Origin: Reclinomonas americana ATCC 50394
Lineage: Eukaryota
Assembly: GCA_048213135.1 (NCBI GenBank)
Contig: PS015035.1
Span: 83,363 to 122,734 of the forward strand
Reading direction: 5' to 3'
DNA: 39,372 bases
Shown here piece by piece: positions 1-12,014 of the stretch. Position numbers and translations under genes: made by a program. How positions within the stretch are numbered: the first letter of the stretch is position 1; every line of letters begins with the position of its first letter. Below the pieces are notes generated by a model. That model saw nothing but the letters and a program-made list of their open reading frames with translations, searched no databases and was not told where the DNA came from.

Positions 1-15
1 GAGGAGGAGAGGAAG

Positions 16-17
<2 letters not shown>

Positions 18-63
<46 letters not shown>
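18..63. repeat. (CA)n microsatellite
   Basis: Perfect CA run. Similar CA/GT and GA/TC tracts recur in introns and intergenic DNA throughout the window. Confidence 0.95.
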
Positions 64-65
<2 letters not shown>

Positions 66-105
66 GAGTAGCTGGATTCTAATTAGATCTCAAACGACTC
101 GGTTA

Positions 106-1680
106 CTACGACACCCACTCACGCGGATGCAGCTGGTGAGGTTGCGACGGAGTGTGTCTCCGCGCCGACGGCACTGGTGCGGCTGTCGGTGGTGGTGAGG
201 GTTGATCCCACGCAACAGCAAAGTCGTCGGCCGGTTGTGACAACATCTGGCATCGCACCGCCCACCTCAGCTCCTTGTGGCCACGCTGATCCTGCACCAG
301 GAAACGGTCGCGACTCCACACATCTTGCATGCGATGGTAGCTGGAGACCGGATCGTGTCGCCGACGGCTGCTGGACACGGACCTCACAGCGGCGGCGCTG
401 CCGAGTGGTCGTGAGGACAAACCGCCGTGAATGACACTTGCCGAGCCTGTCGAACAGGGTGAGGAGCGAGCAGACAACAGAGAAGGAGAGAGAGTGAGAG
501 AGAAACGCAACCTGGCGTGCCAGGTGCTCGTGACTGGCGGCTCTGCGCTGACGGAGGTCGCCGGCCCGCTGAGGCTGGTCGCTGCTGCGACTGAGGACCG
601 GGAGTGGGAATCCGCCGTGGTGGGCCGAGTCGAGAGACACCAACCTGCGTGTAAAAAACAGAAGGTCATCAGTCACAGGAGTACGTCCAATTGTTTCCGC
701 ACTGAAGCACACAAACCCCTCGATCCACCATGTCGTCTTCATAGTGGTGGTATTCCTCCTCGCCCTCCGACCGGTCGTCCACGTGCTCCGGTGTCACCAA
801 CCGATGACCGCTGCGTGGCGACGGCATCTCCGCTCTCCTCCTGAGCGCGGCATACATGTCCTCAACCTCGTTGTGCTGCTGACGCTGCGGCGATGATGAT
901 CCACGCTGACGTGAACTGCCGCTGCTGCCTGGTCGTTTGGAGGCGGACTTCTTTGAGCGTGTGCGACTGGCGGAACGCGGCCGAGGCTCGCCCTCAGCCT
1001 GGATGATGATTGGTGAGCGATTGCGACAATACCTCTGGCCAATGGTGCAGTGATATCTCGACGTACCGCGTTGCGTGATCGCACCGGCGGTCCGCGTGGC
1101 TGAATGTGCTGTGCCTGCTGTGCCGACGCGGGTCGCTTTCCTCCACTGCACAAGGCACCATCGCGTTACTCTCATGTGTTTCACGATGAAGCCAAAAGAC
1201 ACACACACACAATAGAGCACGCAACGAGTGTCGCCGCTGAGCGTGCAAGTGCGGCATCGGTGGCGCGCCCTCATCCAGTGCCGTTGGGTACGAGAGTGGA
1301 TGTGAGCCAAGGCTGTCGCCTGTGAGTGAGAGGGGCGGGCGTGAGTAGCCGACCACCAACAATGGATTCGTGTCGAACACGAACTCCCCCACCGCTCACC
1401 TGTGTGATCCGGCGGAGCGGTGCGTACGCGTCGCTCGTACGGGTCGTACGGATCGTAATAGTCGTCGTGCACTCGACCCTCATCACCATGGCGCCGCTCC
1501 GAGTCGTCAGACGAGTAGGTGTAATCCACATCGTCGCCTCGGTGGTGCGACTGATGATGACCACGAGATGATGATCGCGGACGCGATTCCATCTCGTGCG
1601 CGTGGTGGCGATGTGCTTGCGCCGCCGCCTGCTGATGGTGGTGCGGGTGGTGATGGTGGGGAAAGTTGAAGCCGCCAGAC
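106..1680 (-). CDS. HYLS1-like (hydrolethalus syndrome 1 C-terminal domain) centriole/basal-body protein; multi-exon, 5' end uncertain (gap 1746-1812)
   Basis: Five GT-AG introns join into one frame. The last exon encodes HDPVSSYHRMQDVWSRDRFLVQDQRGHKELRWAVRCQML, resembling the HYLS1_C motif (DxVxxYxxxxxxW...KELRWxVRxQML). The rest is low complexity. Confidence 0.65.
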
Positions 1681-2026
1681 TGTGTGCGTGACCGCAGTTG
1701 AGAATTGTGTGTGATCATTGTCGAACACATCAACACGCCAACGCTNNNNNNNNNNNNNNNNNNNNNNNNNNNNNNNNNNNNNNNNNNNNNNNNNNNNNNN
1801 NNNNNNNNNNNNGCTCACTGATCTCACAGGGTGGAGGCACGAGAGGCGGCGCGGGTGGCACTCGTGACCATGCAGGAGGTGCTGGTGAGCGGTGAAGTCG
1901 ACGAGCATCTCGCACGCATGCTCGACATGCGCCGATCGGAGCCCGAGTCGAGAAAGAGGTCGTGACACACGATGAGAAGCAAGAGACAGTTGTACTCTCG
2001 TTCTTGGCGGCCACTCGGCAAAACAA

Positions 2027-3891
2027 TCACCTCCGAATGCGACGCTTGCGGGGTCGCGGAGCGGATGGCACCGCACCGCCAGCTGCGGCGGCTGCCGCTG
2101 CAGCGGCTGCAGCTCCGGCCGAGCGACGTCGCGGAAACAGACGAATGGGAACGCCCTCCAACTCGAACTCATCGCGAATGGCGTTGGAGAGGAACTTGGT
2201 GGCCGACTCGGGGAATTCATCTGCCCCCAGATAGAAGACGGCAAAGGTCGGTGGTCTGGCCGTCACCTGCGTCACGTACTGCACGTGCAGGCCACTCTGC
2301 GCCAGTGGTCGCTCCACCAGCAGCGCACGAATGAATCGATTCAGTGGTGCGGTGGCGATGCGCTTGTTCCACTTGTCATACGTGCGCACCACCGTGTCCA
2401 TCAGCGACTGTGTGCCAGAGTGCGCAAGGCCACTCAGCGGTACCACCGGCACTCCGCGTGCCTGCACACGATCCAATCGCTCTCTCACGTACTTGAACAC
2501 TGGTTCGCGATCGGAGGACTCCTGCAGCAGGTCCCACTTGCTGACGCCAACCACCAGTGCCCGACCCTCTTCCAGCACCTGACGTATGAGCGTCAACTCC
2601 TCACGAGTCAGCACCTCATGCGCCTCCGTCAACAGCACCACCACATTGGCAAAATGGATCGCACGCAGTGCATCCTGGCGAGACTGCGTGTCCAACTGCG
2701 TGCCCATGGTCTGCGTAATGATTCGCCGACGCAGACCGGCCGTGTCCACCAGCAACAGCTCGCGCGATCCGTACCGGCAACGCAGCTGCACTGCGTCGCG
2801 TGTCACACCCGGCTGTGCGCCCGTGGCCACGCGCGAGAACCCGAGAAGGGCGTTCACCAGCGTGCTCTGTAGGAGAACGGGGAAGTGAGGCATCATGCAA
2901 AAGTCGCAAACACACACTCGTGCACACACACACACACAAACACACACCTTGCCGGCGTTTGGTCGCCCGATAATGGCCAGACGCAGCAAGTCCTCCTTCT
3001 CCGCCACGGGCAGCACGGTCTTGCGCGATGGTGGTCGCTGCATGATGGCCAGTGTTTCCGCACTGGTGCCCATTGCCGCGTGGTAGGCCTCGAAGTGTGG
3101 TCGCACGGCATCGGCGAGCGCTGCGAAGCCAAAGCCAGTCTCTGCGCTCACCTCGGCCGGTTCGTAGTCTCGGCGCAGCATGACACGCGCCACGTCGTTG
3201 TCATCGTACGACTCGGTGCCGGTGTCGCACTTGTTGAAGACGAGTTCGTACGGCACCGTCTGACTGCGCTGCGCCAACCACTTGCCAATGTGGAACTCGG
3301 AGGGCGTCAAACCCTCACGAATGTCGGCCACCAGCAGCACCAGGTTCGACGCACGGATGGCGTCCTGCACTTGGCTCTCGAGTGACGCCTATACGAGAAC
3401 GGTGAGAGAGTGGTACGCGCATCAAGAGCACGCATGCATGCATGCACGCAACAATGTCGTCGGCACCCGGTGCGTCAATCACGTGGAAACGCATGTTGCC
3501 GAGTTGCGCCACATCAGCTTGCCAGTCACGTGTGGTGCCTGCGCACACAGACCATGCATGGTGAGACTGAAGACACAGGCAGAGAGAGAAAGAGAGAGAG
3601 GCGACCAACCGGGCGTGTTGTTCACAATCGCATGCTGTGCGCCAACCAGGCGGTTAAAGATGGTGCTCTTGCCGACATTGGGTCGCCCCACAAGGCACAC
3701 CGTAAAGTCCTTCGGTTGTACAACCTGCGCCCACACGGATCGCGGGATCAGCTATTTCGTACACGGAGAGAAGAAAGAGAGAGAGCTGGATGCACCTCCA
3801 GCAGCGGCCTTGTGGATGCGGGTGGAGCAGGCAGACCACCTGAGGAGAACAGACGTGACACGCACAGCTGCAGACGTGCTCTCCACAGCAT
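2027..3891 (-). CDS. der: EngA/Der double GTPase, probably mitochondrion-targeted; 4 introns
   Basis: GD1 [26 protein letters not shown]2 GRPNAGKST..PGVTRD..DTAG..SKWD. KH-like end [23 protein letters not shown]-terminus [17 protein letters not shown] is presequence-like. Confidence 0.92.
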
Positions 3892-3948
3892 CGTCGTGTT
3901 GAATGATATGAATGAAGGACAAGTGTGCGTCCCACCACCAGCGAAGAG

Positions 3949-4950
3949 ATGAAACGCCGAGCGGGTATCGCCGGTCTCACACGAAAGCAACAGACAGAGG
4001 TGTGCTGCCGGTGCCTCTCTCCGTCTCCCTTGTCCACTCTCTCTCACACACGCTGACGAGCAGGAAAAGTTCAAGCGCGTGGGCGATGAGCTGGCCACCA
4101 GTCAGCGCACGCAGGTGAGAACCGTGCCTGTGACTCTGTTCCCAGTGTACATGCCCACCCACTCGCTCTTGCTGTGCGCGCGTCAGATGCTCGAGCAAAT
4201 GTCGTTCCTCAAGGGCAAGCTGGAGGAGTTTGCCGATCGCCACCGTGACGAGATTGCCGGCAACCCCGAGCTGCGTCGGCACTTTACCAAGATGTGCCAG
4301 CGCATTGGTGTGGATCCACTGGCCTGTTGCGTGGCATGAGGAAAAAGGCGCTCTTTCACACCCATTACTCACTGCCCTGGGCGTGATTAGCGAAAAAGGG
4401 CTTCTGGGCCGAGTTGTTGGGCGTCGGCGACTTTTACTACGAGGTGGCGGTGCGTGCTGCCGAGGTGTGTATGCACACGCGTGTTGACAATGGCGGCCTG
4501 ATGGATCTCGACGAGCTGGTCGACACGCTCAATCGACGCCGCTCACGAACGCAGCCAGAGGTTGTCTCTCTCTCTGCTCCTCTTGTCTCCTTTGCCACGC
4601 TGATGATCTCTCGGCGGTAGGTGGCGCGTCACGACGTGAAGCGGGCGATTGAGAAGCTGCGCGTGCTGGGCGGCGGTCTGCGCCTGCTCAAGATGGGCAA
4701 GCAGCACCACGGACGCACGCTGGTGCAGTCGGTGCCGCAGGAGCTGAACGTGGATCACCAGGCGCTGCTGCAACTGGCGGAGGAGCGCGGCTTCTTTACC
4801 ATGACGCAGGTGCGCGAGCGATTGCGGTGGGATGTGGAGCGCACGCGGCAGGCGCTGGAGCTGTTGATGCAGTCGGAGATGGTGTGGGTGGACGCGCAGG
4901 CGGCAGAGGAGGAGCAGTACTGGTTCTCGTGCTTCTTCACGTTTTCATGA
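3949..4950 (+). CDS. SNF8: ESCRT-II subunit VPS22/SNF8; 4 introns
   Basis: Spliced MKRRAGIAGL..LEEFADRHRDEI..FTKMCQRIGVDPLAS|KKGFWAELLGVGDFYYE..NGGLM..LVQSVPQELNVDH..VWVDAQ..YWF; stop TGA at 4948-4950. Confidence 0.95.
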
Positions 4951-5782
4951 TTAAAAAATAAAAAGAAGAAGTGGCAAAAAAGTGATGCGGTCAGGCCGAC
5001 GAGGCAGGAGTTGGTCCCACCCCTCCTCAGTGCGTTTTCTCCGCGACCTATGACACTGCCGGCTTTTGTTTGCTGCGAATACGCCCTCAACCGGTACACC
5101 GACTTCAAAGATGACGACTACTTGCGTAGCCTGTGTGCCACGCACGGCGCGAAGCCGAGGGACCACAGACCTGCGTCGCTTCCGCAAGACGCGGTCGACC
5201 ATCTAGTGCGACACCCGCAAAGGCACACGTCGTAGTCGGGTATGGGGGCTCACAACCCACGGCAACCTTCCACACATCACGAATGGGCACCTTGTCGCAG
5301 ATGCTTACAGAGACTCGCCACATCTCCCCGACTGAAGAGCATGCACTCGCGCTGCGCCTCTTACATGCGCGACGCCACTGGTGCATTGCTGGCTTGTGGG
5401 ATCATGGTGTGGAAATTGTTTCGCGCCGAATCATCTTGGAGGAATGCATGTCATGGGAGGAGGAGGAGGAGGAGTGCTGGCCAGGTGTTAACGAGTGATC
5501 ATGATGGTGGGGGAGGCTCGGTGCTTGCTGGTGGCGGGCACAAGTGGCCAACATGACTTGATTGCATTTGCTCGATGACTCATCACTGTCTGTCATCGAC
5601 TTGTTCATCCAGCGCGTGTGGTGAGTGCACGCCCGCTCCCCTCCTGTGCAGTCAGTCTGAGTACGAGTGAGAGAGGAGCAAGCAGCAACGAGTGCTGTGT
5701 CTGTCTGTGTTGGGGCGTGTCTTGTGTTGGCTCGTGCACATTCACATCAACAGCCTCGCTCACTCACGCACACACAGAAAAA

Positions 5783-7758
5783 ATGGAAGTCGACGAGCGG
5801 CTGGTGATGGGTGAGGCGGAGATGGGCGCCGACGATGACGCCGAGGCCATCCGCCGCATCAACAGCAACAATCGCAAGAATCGCGGTCTGCTGGAGAGTG
5901 GTGTGGGTGGCAGGAAAAAGGTCAAGTCGGGTGGCTTTCAGAGCATGGGTGAGTGCCTCCTCCTCCCCCCACCCTCCTGTGTTTGTGTGTTGTTCTCTCA
6001 ACACTGCGTGCACAGAGCTGTCGAAGCCGGTGTTTCAGGCCATTATGAAGAAGGGCTATCGAGTGCCCACTCCCGTGCAGCGCAAGGTCATTCCGATGGC
6101 GCTCGCCGGCAAGGACGTGGTGGCCATGGCCCGTACCGGTGTGTGTTCAACCCTCGCATCTGTGTGGCCTCTTCTTTGTGTGTGCTCATATGAGCCACCA
6201 CAGGTTCCGGCAAGACGGCTGCATTCCTCATTCCAATGTTTGAGCGGCTGCAGCAGCATCAGCAGCGAGTGGGCGCGCGTGCCGTCATCTTATCGCCGAC
6301 GCGTGAGCTGGCGCTGCAGACGTATCGCTTCGTGGAGGAACTCGGCAAGTTCCTCAACCTGCGCGCCAGTCTCATCGTTGGTGGTGATGCGCTGGAGGAG
6401 CAGGTTAGCGAGTCGGATTGTGTATGTGTGTGTCGTTCCCCCCTTGTTGTTGGTGCTCACCACATTGCTGCAGTTCACGGAGATGTTGAAGAACCCCGAT
6501 ATTATCATCGCCACCCCCGGTCGTCTGTTGCACGTGATGGTGGAGACGGAGTTGTCGCTGAAGACGGTCGAGTTTCTGGTGTTTGACGAGGCCGATCGGC
6601 TGTTCGAGATGGGCTTCTCGGTGCAAATTCACGACATTCTGCGGCGCATGTCGTCGGAGCGGCGACAGACACTGCTCTTCTCGGCCACCATGCCCTCGAT
6701 TCTGGCGGACTTTGCCAAGGCCGGTCTGCGCGATCCGGTGGTGGTTCGCCTCGACACGGAGCACAAGTTGCCTGAGCGCTTGCGCTTCTCGTTCTTCACC
6801 ACGCGCAAAGAGGAGAAGCTCTCCTGCTTGTTGTACCTGTTGGAGAACGTCATTTACCCGAAGGAACAGACGGTGGTGTTTGTGGCCACCAGGTATGCTT
6901 TCTGAGTGGATTTTCTCCTTTTACCAGTATCTGACTCTTTGCGGGACTGCGCAGGCATCACGTCGAGTACTTGCACGATGTGCTCGCCAAGATGAATATT
7001 CGCAGCTCGATGATTTACGGCCAGATGGACCAGCTGTCGCGTCGTCTCAACCTGGCGCAGTTCCGCACACGACAGACCATGGTGTTGATTGTGACCGATG
7101 TGGCGGCTCGTGGTATCGGTGAGAAAGGCGACAGCAAGAAAAAGGGGGAAGAGCGACTCGTGAACTGACGCGCTGGCGTTCTCGCAGATGTTCCGCTCCT
7201 CGACAATGTCATCAACTTTGACTTCCCGGCCAAGCCCAAGGTCTTTGTGCATCGTGTCGGTCGTGTGGCTCGTGCTGGCCGCACTGGTGTTGCCTACTCT
7301 CTGGTGGCGCCAGACGAGGTGTGTGTGTGTGTGTGTGTGTGCTTATCAAACGTGCGTGCGCGGTACTGTTGCTCACTCGCGCGCGCGTGTGTGTGTGTAT
7401 GTGCAGTTGCCGTACATGGTCGACTTGCACTTGTTCCTCGGGCGTCCGCTGCGCAACGACAAGCGACCCGGCGACAATGCCGACACGGTGTACTATGGCA
7501 AGTTCCCGCAAGATATCATTGACCATTACGGCGAGTCGGTGCGCAAGCTGCACGACAGCAATCCAGACATGGTGAGTTTGTCGCGTAAGGAGGAGGAGGA
7601 GGAGGAGGAGGAGCAGGGTGTATGTGCTCATCCCGGTCGCTTGCAGGAGGCTTTGTTGCGCATTTCCACCAACGCGTACAAGCTGTACAACAAGACGCGT
7701 TCTCGCCCGTCGCCCGAGTCCGTGAATCGTGCCAAGGAGCTGGATCTCAGTCGCATTC
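5783..7758 (+). CDS. DDX54: DEAD-box RNA helicase DDX54/DBP10; 3'-partial (truncated at gap); 7 introns
   Basis: [94 protein letters not shown]. Confidence 0.93.
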
Positions 7759-7778
7759 NNNNNNNNNNNNNNNNNNNN

Positions 7779-7974
7779 GGGAGCATGCGTTGCGTCTCTT
7801 TGTCTCTCGGCTGTTCTGCTCTCACCCCCCCCCCCCCCCCCGACGAGACTGACTGCGTGTGTGTGTCTCTCTCGCAGGTACTACCTCGATCACCAGAACC
7901 GCCGTGGCGAGTACGTGTCGCAATGGTGGGATGTCGTCAACTGGAAGTGGGTGGAGGAATCGCTGAGCTCGTAA
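7779..7974 (+). CDS. Fe superoxide dismutase, last intron and last exon only (copy 1)
   Basis: [35 protein letters not shown], same as copy 2. Confidence 0.85.
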
Positions 7975-8185
7975 GACAGAAAGTCAACTGTACTCTTGCC
8001 ATCTCTCTCGTCTCAATCCTGCCGTCTTCTCGCGTGCGAGAAAGAAATACATCGGCACGATGATGTTGTTGTCGTGGGGGAGAAGAAGGGCGCCCGTCGT
8101 CGTCCGAGTGTGCAGTGGAAGCCACCACGGCGTACGTCTCTGTCAGTGTCTGTACGCGAATGCTTCGTGCTTTCGATCCGTATGC

Positions 8186-9287
8186 TCACGTCTGTGGTGG
8201 TGGAGGCGGAGGCGGCAGCGGCACGTTGCGCTGCGCAATCACGTCGGACCACGTGACATCGGCGGTCACCAGGTGCGCATGCACGTACAGCGGGTCGACC
8301 GCCGAGTCGGGACTGTGCGGTCGAACCACCACCGGATGTGCCAGTCGGCACGCTCGTGTTGTCGACTCCTCCAGAATGCGTGGCAGCTCCCCGCAAAAGT
8401 GCTCAAAGTGATCCACCCTGTCCTCCCACAGCTCCAGGTGCTCGAGTCGTGGAAACCTGCGACGGCCGTGAAGTGAGGGGCGACTTATAGTTATGGAAAA
8501 GGGCGACAACACGCAACAGGCTTGTGAGACGAGTCAGAGACTCGATCTTTTGCTGGAGCGTGTCGCGATAGTCTCCTTGCGACTTGGTATACAGTGCATG
8601 CGGTGCGATCTGCAGACTCTCCTCAAAGATCTCCAACAGCCGCTGGCGGCTCGACGACAAGCGACCTGTGCGCAAGCAACGTGAGTCCACATTCGATGCG
8701 GAACAGAGGGGCGCGAGGTGGCTGACCAGTGAGAACCACCGACAGGCTGTCGGGCTCGTCGAAGCGCTCACGAAACACCGGCAATGCCTGTTCGGCCACC
8801 GACTGAGACACAGAAGGACAACAACAACAACAGCGACGACGACGACGACGACTCACCGGACCGGGGAGGATCTCGAACGGATGTGAGATGGACTCCACCG
8901 CGCTCCACCAGCTCCGCACCGGGAACTCGCTGCCAGTGACCTGCGCCAACATGTGAGTGCGTGATCCGCTCACACACGAATGAATGCACACACGCAACTT
9001 GTCGATAGTACGCCAGACCTTCGTCGGGCAGGGGAGTAAGGGCGAGTGTGCCGTCAAAGTCAAACACCTGTGTTTGTGTTGTGCCGACGCGTCACTCTGG
9101 TGCCACAGTTGGACAAGAGGAGTGAGATGCACGACTGACCTTCAGAGTGCGAATGTCTGCGACGCACTGTGAGAACACTGATGACCGGCTCCGTTGCGAC
9201 AAGCGATGACAACGCACCTGCTAGCGGAACATTGTGAAAGTGCGATGCCTGTGGCTGCAGATGGCACTCCCTCGTGTCGCTGCTCAT
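8186..9287 (-). CDS. Swiss-Army-knife RNA-repair-like HAD domain protein (copy 1)
   Basis: Same exon structure and motifs as copy 2: FDFDGTL, SWW, VLTGR, WEDR..H. Confidence 0.7.
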
Positions 9288-9600
9288 CGATGATGNNNNN
9301 NNNNNNNNNNNNNNNNNNNNNNNNNNNNNNNNNNNNNNNNNNNNNNNNNNNNNNNNNNNNNNNNNNNNNNNNNNNNNNNNNNNNNNNNNNNNNNNNNNNN
9401 NNNNNNNNNNNNNNNNNNNNNNNNNNNNNNNNNNNNNNNNNNNNNNNNNNNNNNNNNNNNNNNNNNNNNNNNNNNNNNNNNNNNNNNNNNNNNNNNNNNN
9501 NNNNNNNNNNNNNNNNNNNNNNNNNNNNNNNNNNNNNNNNNNNNNNNNNNNNNNNNNNNNNNNNNNNNNNNNNNNNNNNNNNNNNNNNNNNNNNNNNNNN

Positions 9601-10431
9601 CCACCGCCGCGCAGCAGGTACAGTGCAGATTCTCTTCTCTTCTCACGCATGCATGCGTGTGTCATGACGCACTGTGTGGTGATGCAGCAGCGATCGATCT
9701 TCACGCTGCCGCCGCTCGACTACCCCATCGAGAAGGGCATCGGCAAGGTCATCTCGCCCACGCAGCTCGACTTCCACTACAACAAGCACCACAAGGCCTA
9801 CGTCGACAAGGGCAACGCACTGGTCACTGGTGTGTGTGTGTGTGGACATCGCGCACGCTCTCACCCGCTTCCCCGTCCTCACGCGCCACACACAGGCTCC
9901 AAGTTCGAGGGCAAGTCCGAGGTCGACATTATGATTGCCACCGCCGACGACGCCTCCAAGCGCGCCATCTTCAACAACGTCGCGCAGCACTGGAATCACT
10001 CTTTCTACTGGAAGTGCATGCACCCGTCGCCGGCGCCCATGTCGGAGCGGTTGCGGAAGCGGCTGGTTGACGACTTTGGCTCCGTCGAGGACTTCAAGCA
10101 AAAGTTTGCCGAGTCGGCCGTCAACAACTTTGGCTCCGGCTGGACGTGGTTGGTGGAGCACTCGCAGGGCAAGCTGCACATTGTCAACACCTCCAACGCG
10201 GCGAACCCGGGCGTCGAGGGCCACTCGCCGCTGCTGACGATTGATGTGTGGGAGCATGCGTTGCGTCTCTTTGCCTCTCGGCTGTTCTGCTCTCACCCCC
10301 CGAGAGACTGACTGCGTGTGTGTGTGTCTCGCAGGTACTACCTCGATCACCAGAACCGCCGTGGCGAGTACGTGTCGCAATGGTGGGATGTCGTCAACTG
10401 GAAGTGGGTGGAGGAATCGCTGAGCTCGTAA
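9601..10431 (+). CDS. Iron superoxide dismutase (5' end lost at gap; probable N-terminus at 12015-12075 on minus strand); 3 introns
   Basis: [62 protein letters not shown] and NA (rather than GG..NH and NQD) indicate the Fe type. Confidence 0.92.
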
Positions 10432-10631
10432 GACAGAAAGTCAACTGTACTCTTGCCATCTCTCTCTCTTATCCTGCCGTCTTCTCGCGTGCGAGAAAGA
10501 AATACATCGGCACGATGATGTTGTTGTCGTGGGGGAGAAGAGGGGCGCCCGTCGTCGTCCGAGTGTGCAGCCACGGTGTACGTCTCTGTCAGTGTCTGTT
10601 CGCGAATGCTTCGTGCTTTCGATCCATATGC

Positions 10632-11736
10632 TCACGTCTGTGTTGGTGGAGGCGGAGGCGGCAGCGGCACGTTGCGCTGCGCAATCACGTCGGACCACGT
10701 GACATCGGCGGTCACCAGGTGCGCATGCACGTACAGCGGGTCGACCGCCGAGTCGGGACTGTGCGGTCGAACCACCACCGGATGTGCCAGTCGGCACGCT
10801 CGTGTCGTCGACTCCTCCAGAATGCGTGGCAGCTCCCCGCAAAAGTGCTCAAAGTGATCCACCCTGTCCTCCCACAGCTCCAGGTGCTCGAGTCGTGGAA
10901 ACCTGCGACGGCCGTGAAGTGAGGGGCGACTTATAGTTATGGAAAAGGGCGACAACACGCAACAGGCTGGTGAGACGAGTCAGAGACTCGATCTTTTGCT
11001 GGAGCGTGTCACGATAGTCTCCTTGCGACTTGGTGTACAGTGCATGCGGTGCGATCTGCAGACTCTCCTCAAAGATCTCCAACAGCCGCTGCCGGCTCGA
11101 CGACAGGCGACCTGTGTGCATGCAACGTGAGCCCACATTCGATGCGGAACGGAGAAGCACGAGGTGGCTGACCAGTGAGAACCACCGACAGGCTGTCGGG
11201 CTCGTCGAAGCGCTCACGAAACACCGGCAACGCCTGTTTGGCCACCGACTGAGACGCAGTAGGACAACAACAACAACAGCGACGACGACGACGACGACGA
11301 CTCACCGGTCCGGGGAGGATCTCGAACGGATGTGAGATGGACTCCACCGCGCTCCACCAGCTCCGCACCGGGAACTCGCTGCCAGTGACCTGCGCCAACA
11401 TGTGAGTGTGTGATCCGCTCACACACGAATGAATGCACACACGCAACTTGTCGATAGTACGCCAGACCTTCGTCGGGCAGGGGAGTGAGGGCGAGTGTGC
11501 CGTCAAAGTCAAACACCTGTGTTTGTGTTGTGCCGACGCGTCACTCTGGTGCCACGGTTGGACAAGAGGAGTGAGATGCATGACTGACCTTCAGAGTGCG
11601 AATGTCTGCGGCGCACTGTGAGAACACCGACGATCAGCCCCGCCACGACAAGCAATGACAACGCACCTGCTAGTGGAACATTGTGAAAGTGCGATGCCTG
11701 TGGCTGCAGATGGCACTCCCTCGTGTCGCTGCTCAT
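10632..11736 (-). CDS. Swiss-Army-knife RNA-repair-like HAD domain protein (copy 2); 6 introns including a 17-nt exon
   Basis: Spliced MSSDTREC..PLAD|IRTLK|VFDFDGTLALTPLP..|..RSWWSAVESI..VVLTG|R..TK..DT..K..LELWEDRVDHFEHF: HAD motifs DxD, TGR, K and EDR. 3' end uncertain. Confidence 0.72.
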
Positions 11737-12014
11737 CGATGACGGAAANNNNNNNNNNNNNNNNNNNNNNNNNNNNNNNNNNNNNNNNNNNNNNNNNNNN
11801 NNNNNNNNNNNNNNNNNNNNNNNNNNNNNNNNNNNNNNNNNNNNNNNNNNNNNNNNNNNNNNNNNNNNNNNNNNNNNNNNNNNNNNNNNNNNNNNNNNNN
11901 NNNNNNNNNNNNNNNNNNNNNNNNNNNNNNNNNNNNNNNNNNNNNNNNNNNNNNNNNNNNNNNNNNNNNNNNNNNNNNNNNNNNNNNNNNNNNNNNNNNN
12001 NNNNNNNNNNNNNN

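Larger units (their letters stand above)
7779..9295. repeat. Copy 1 of near-identical ~1.5 kb block (SOD 3' end + HAD gene); copy 2 at ~10250-11745
   Basis: Collinear with 10250-11745 apart from scattered substitutions and small indels; bounded by N gaps. Confidence 0.95.

Noticed and set aside
4326-4332. Reading GTTGCGT sites as non-canonical TT-AG introns after an exonic G
   Set aside because: That frameshifts conserved SNF8, SOD and RPL4 sequence; only cleavage before GT keeps the frame.
11666-11682. ATG TTC CAC TAG CAG appears to splice in frame to the HAD domain, hinting at TAG reassignment
   Set aside because: An alternative acceptor gives a stop-free frame, the copy-1 variant is synonymous only in that frame, and TAG appears to terminate other genes (16110, 16354).
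7779-11748. Direct repeat as LTRs or a mobile element
   Set aside because: It contains intron-bearing cellular genes; no transposase, reverse transcriptase, TIR or TSD was seen.
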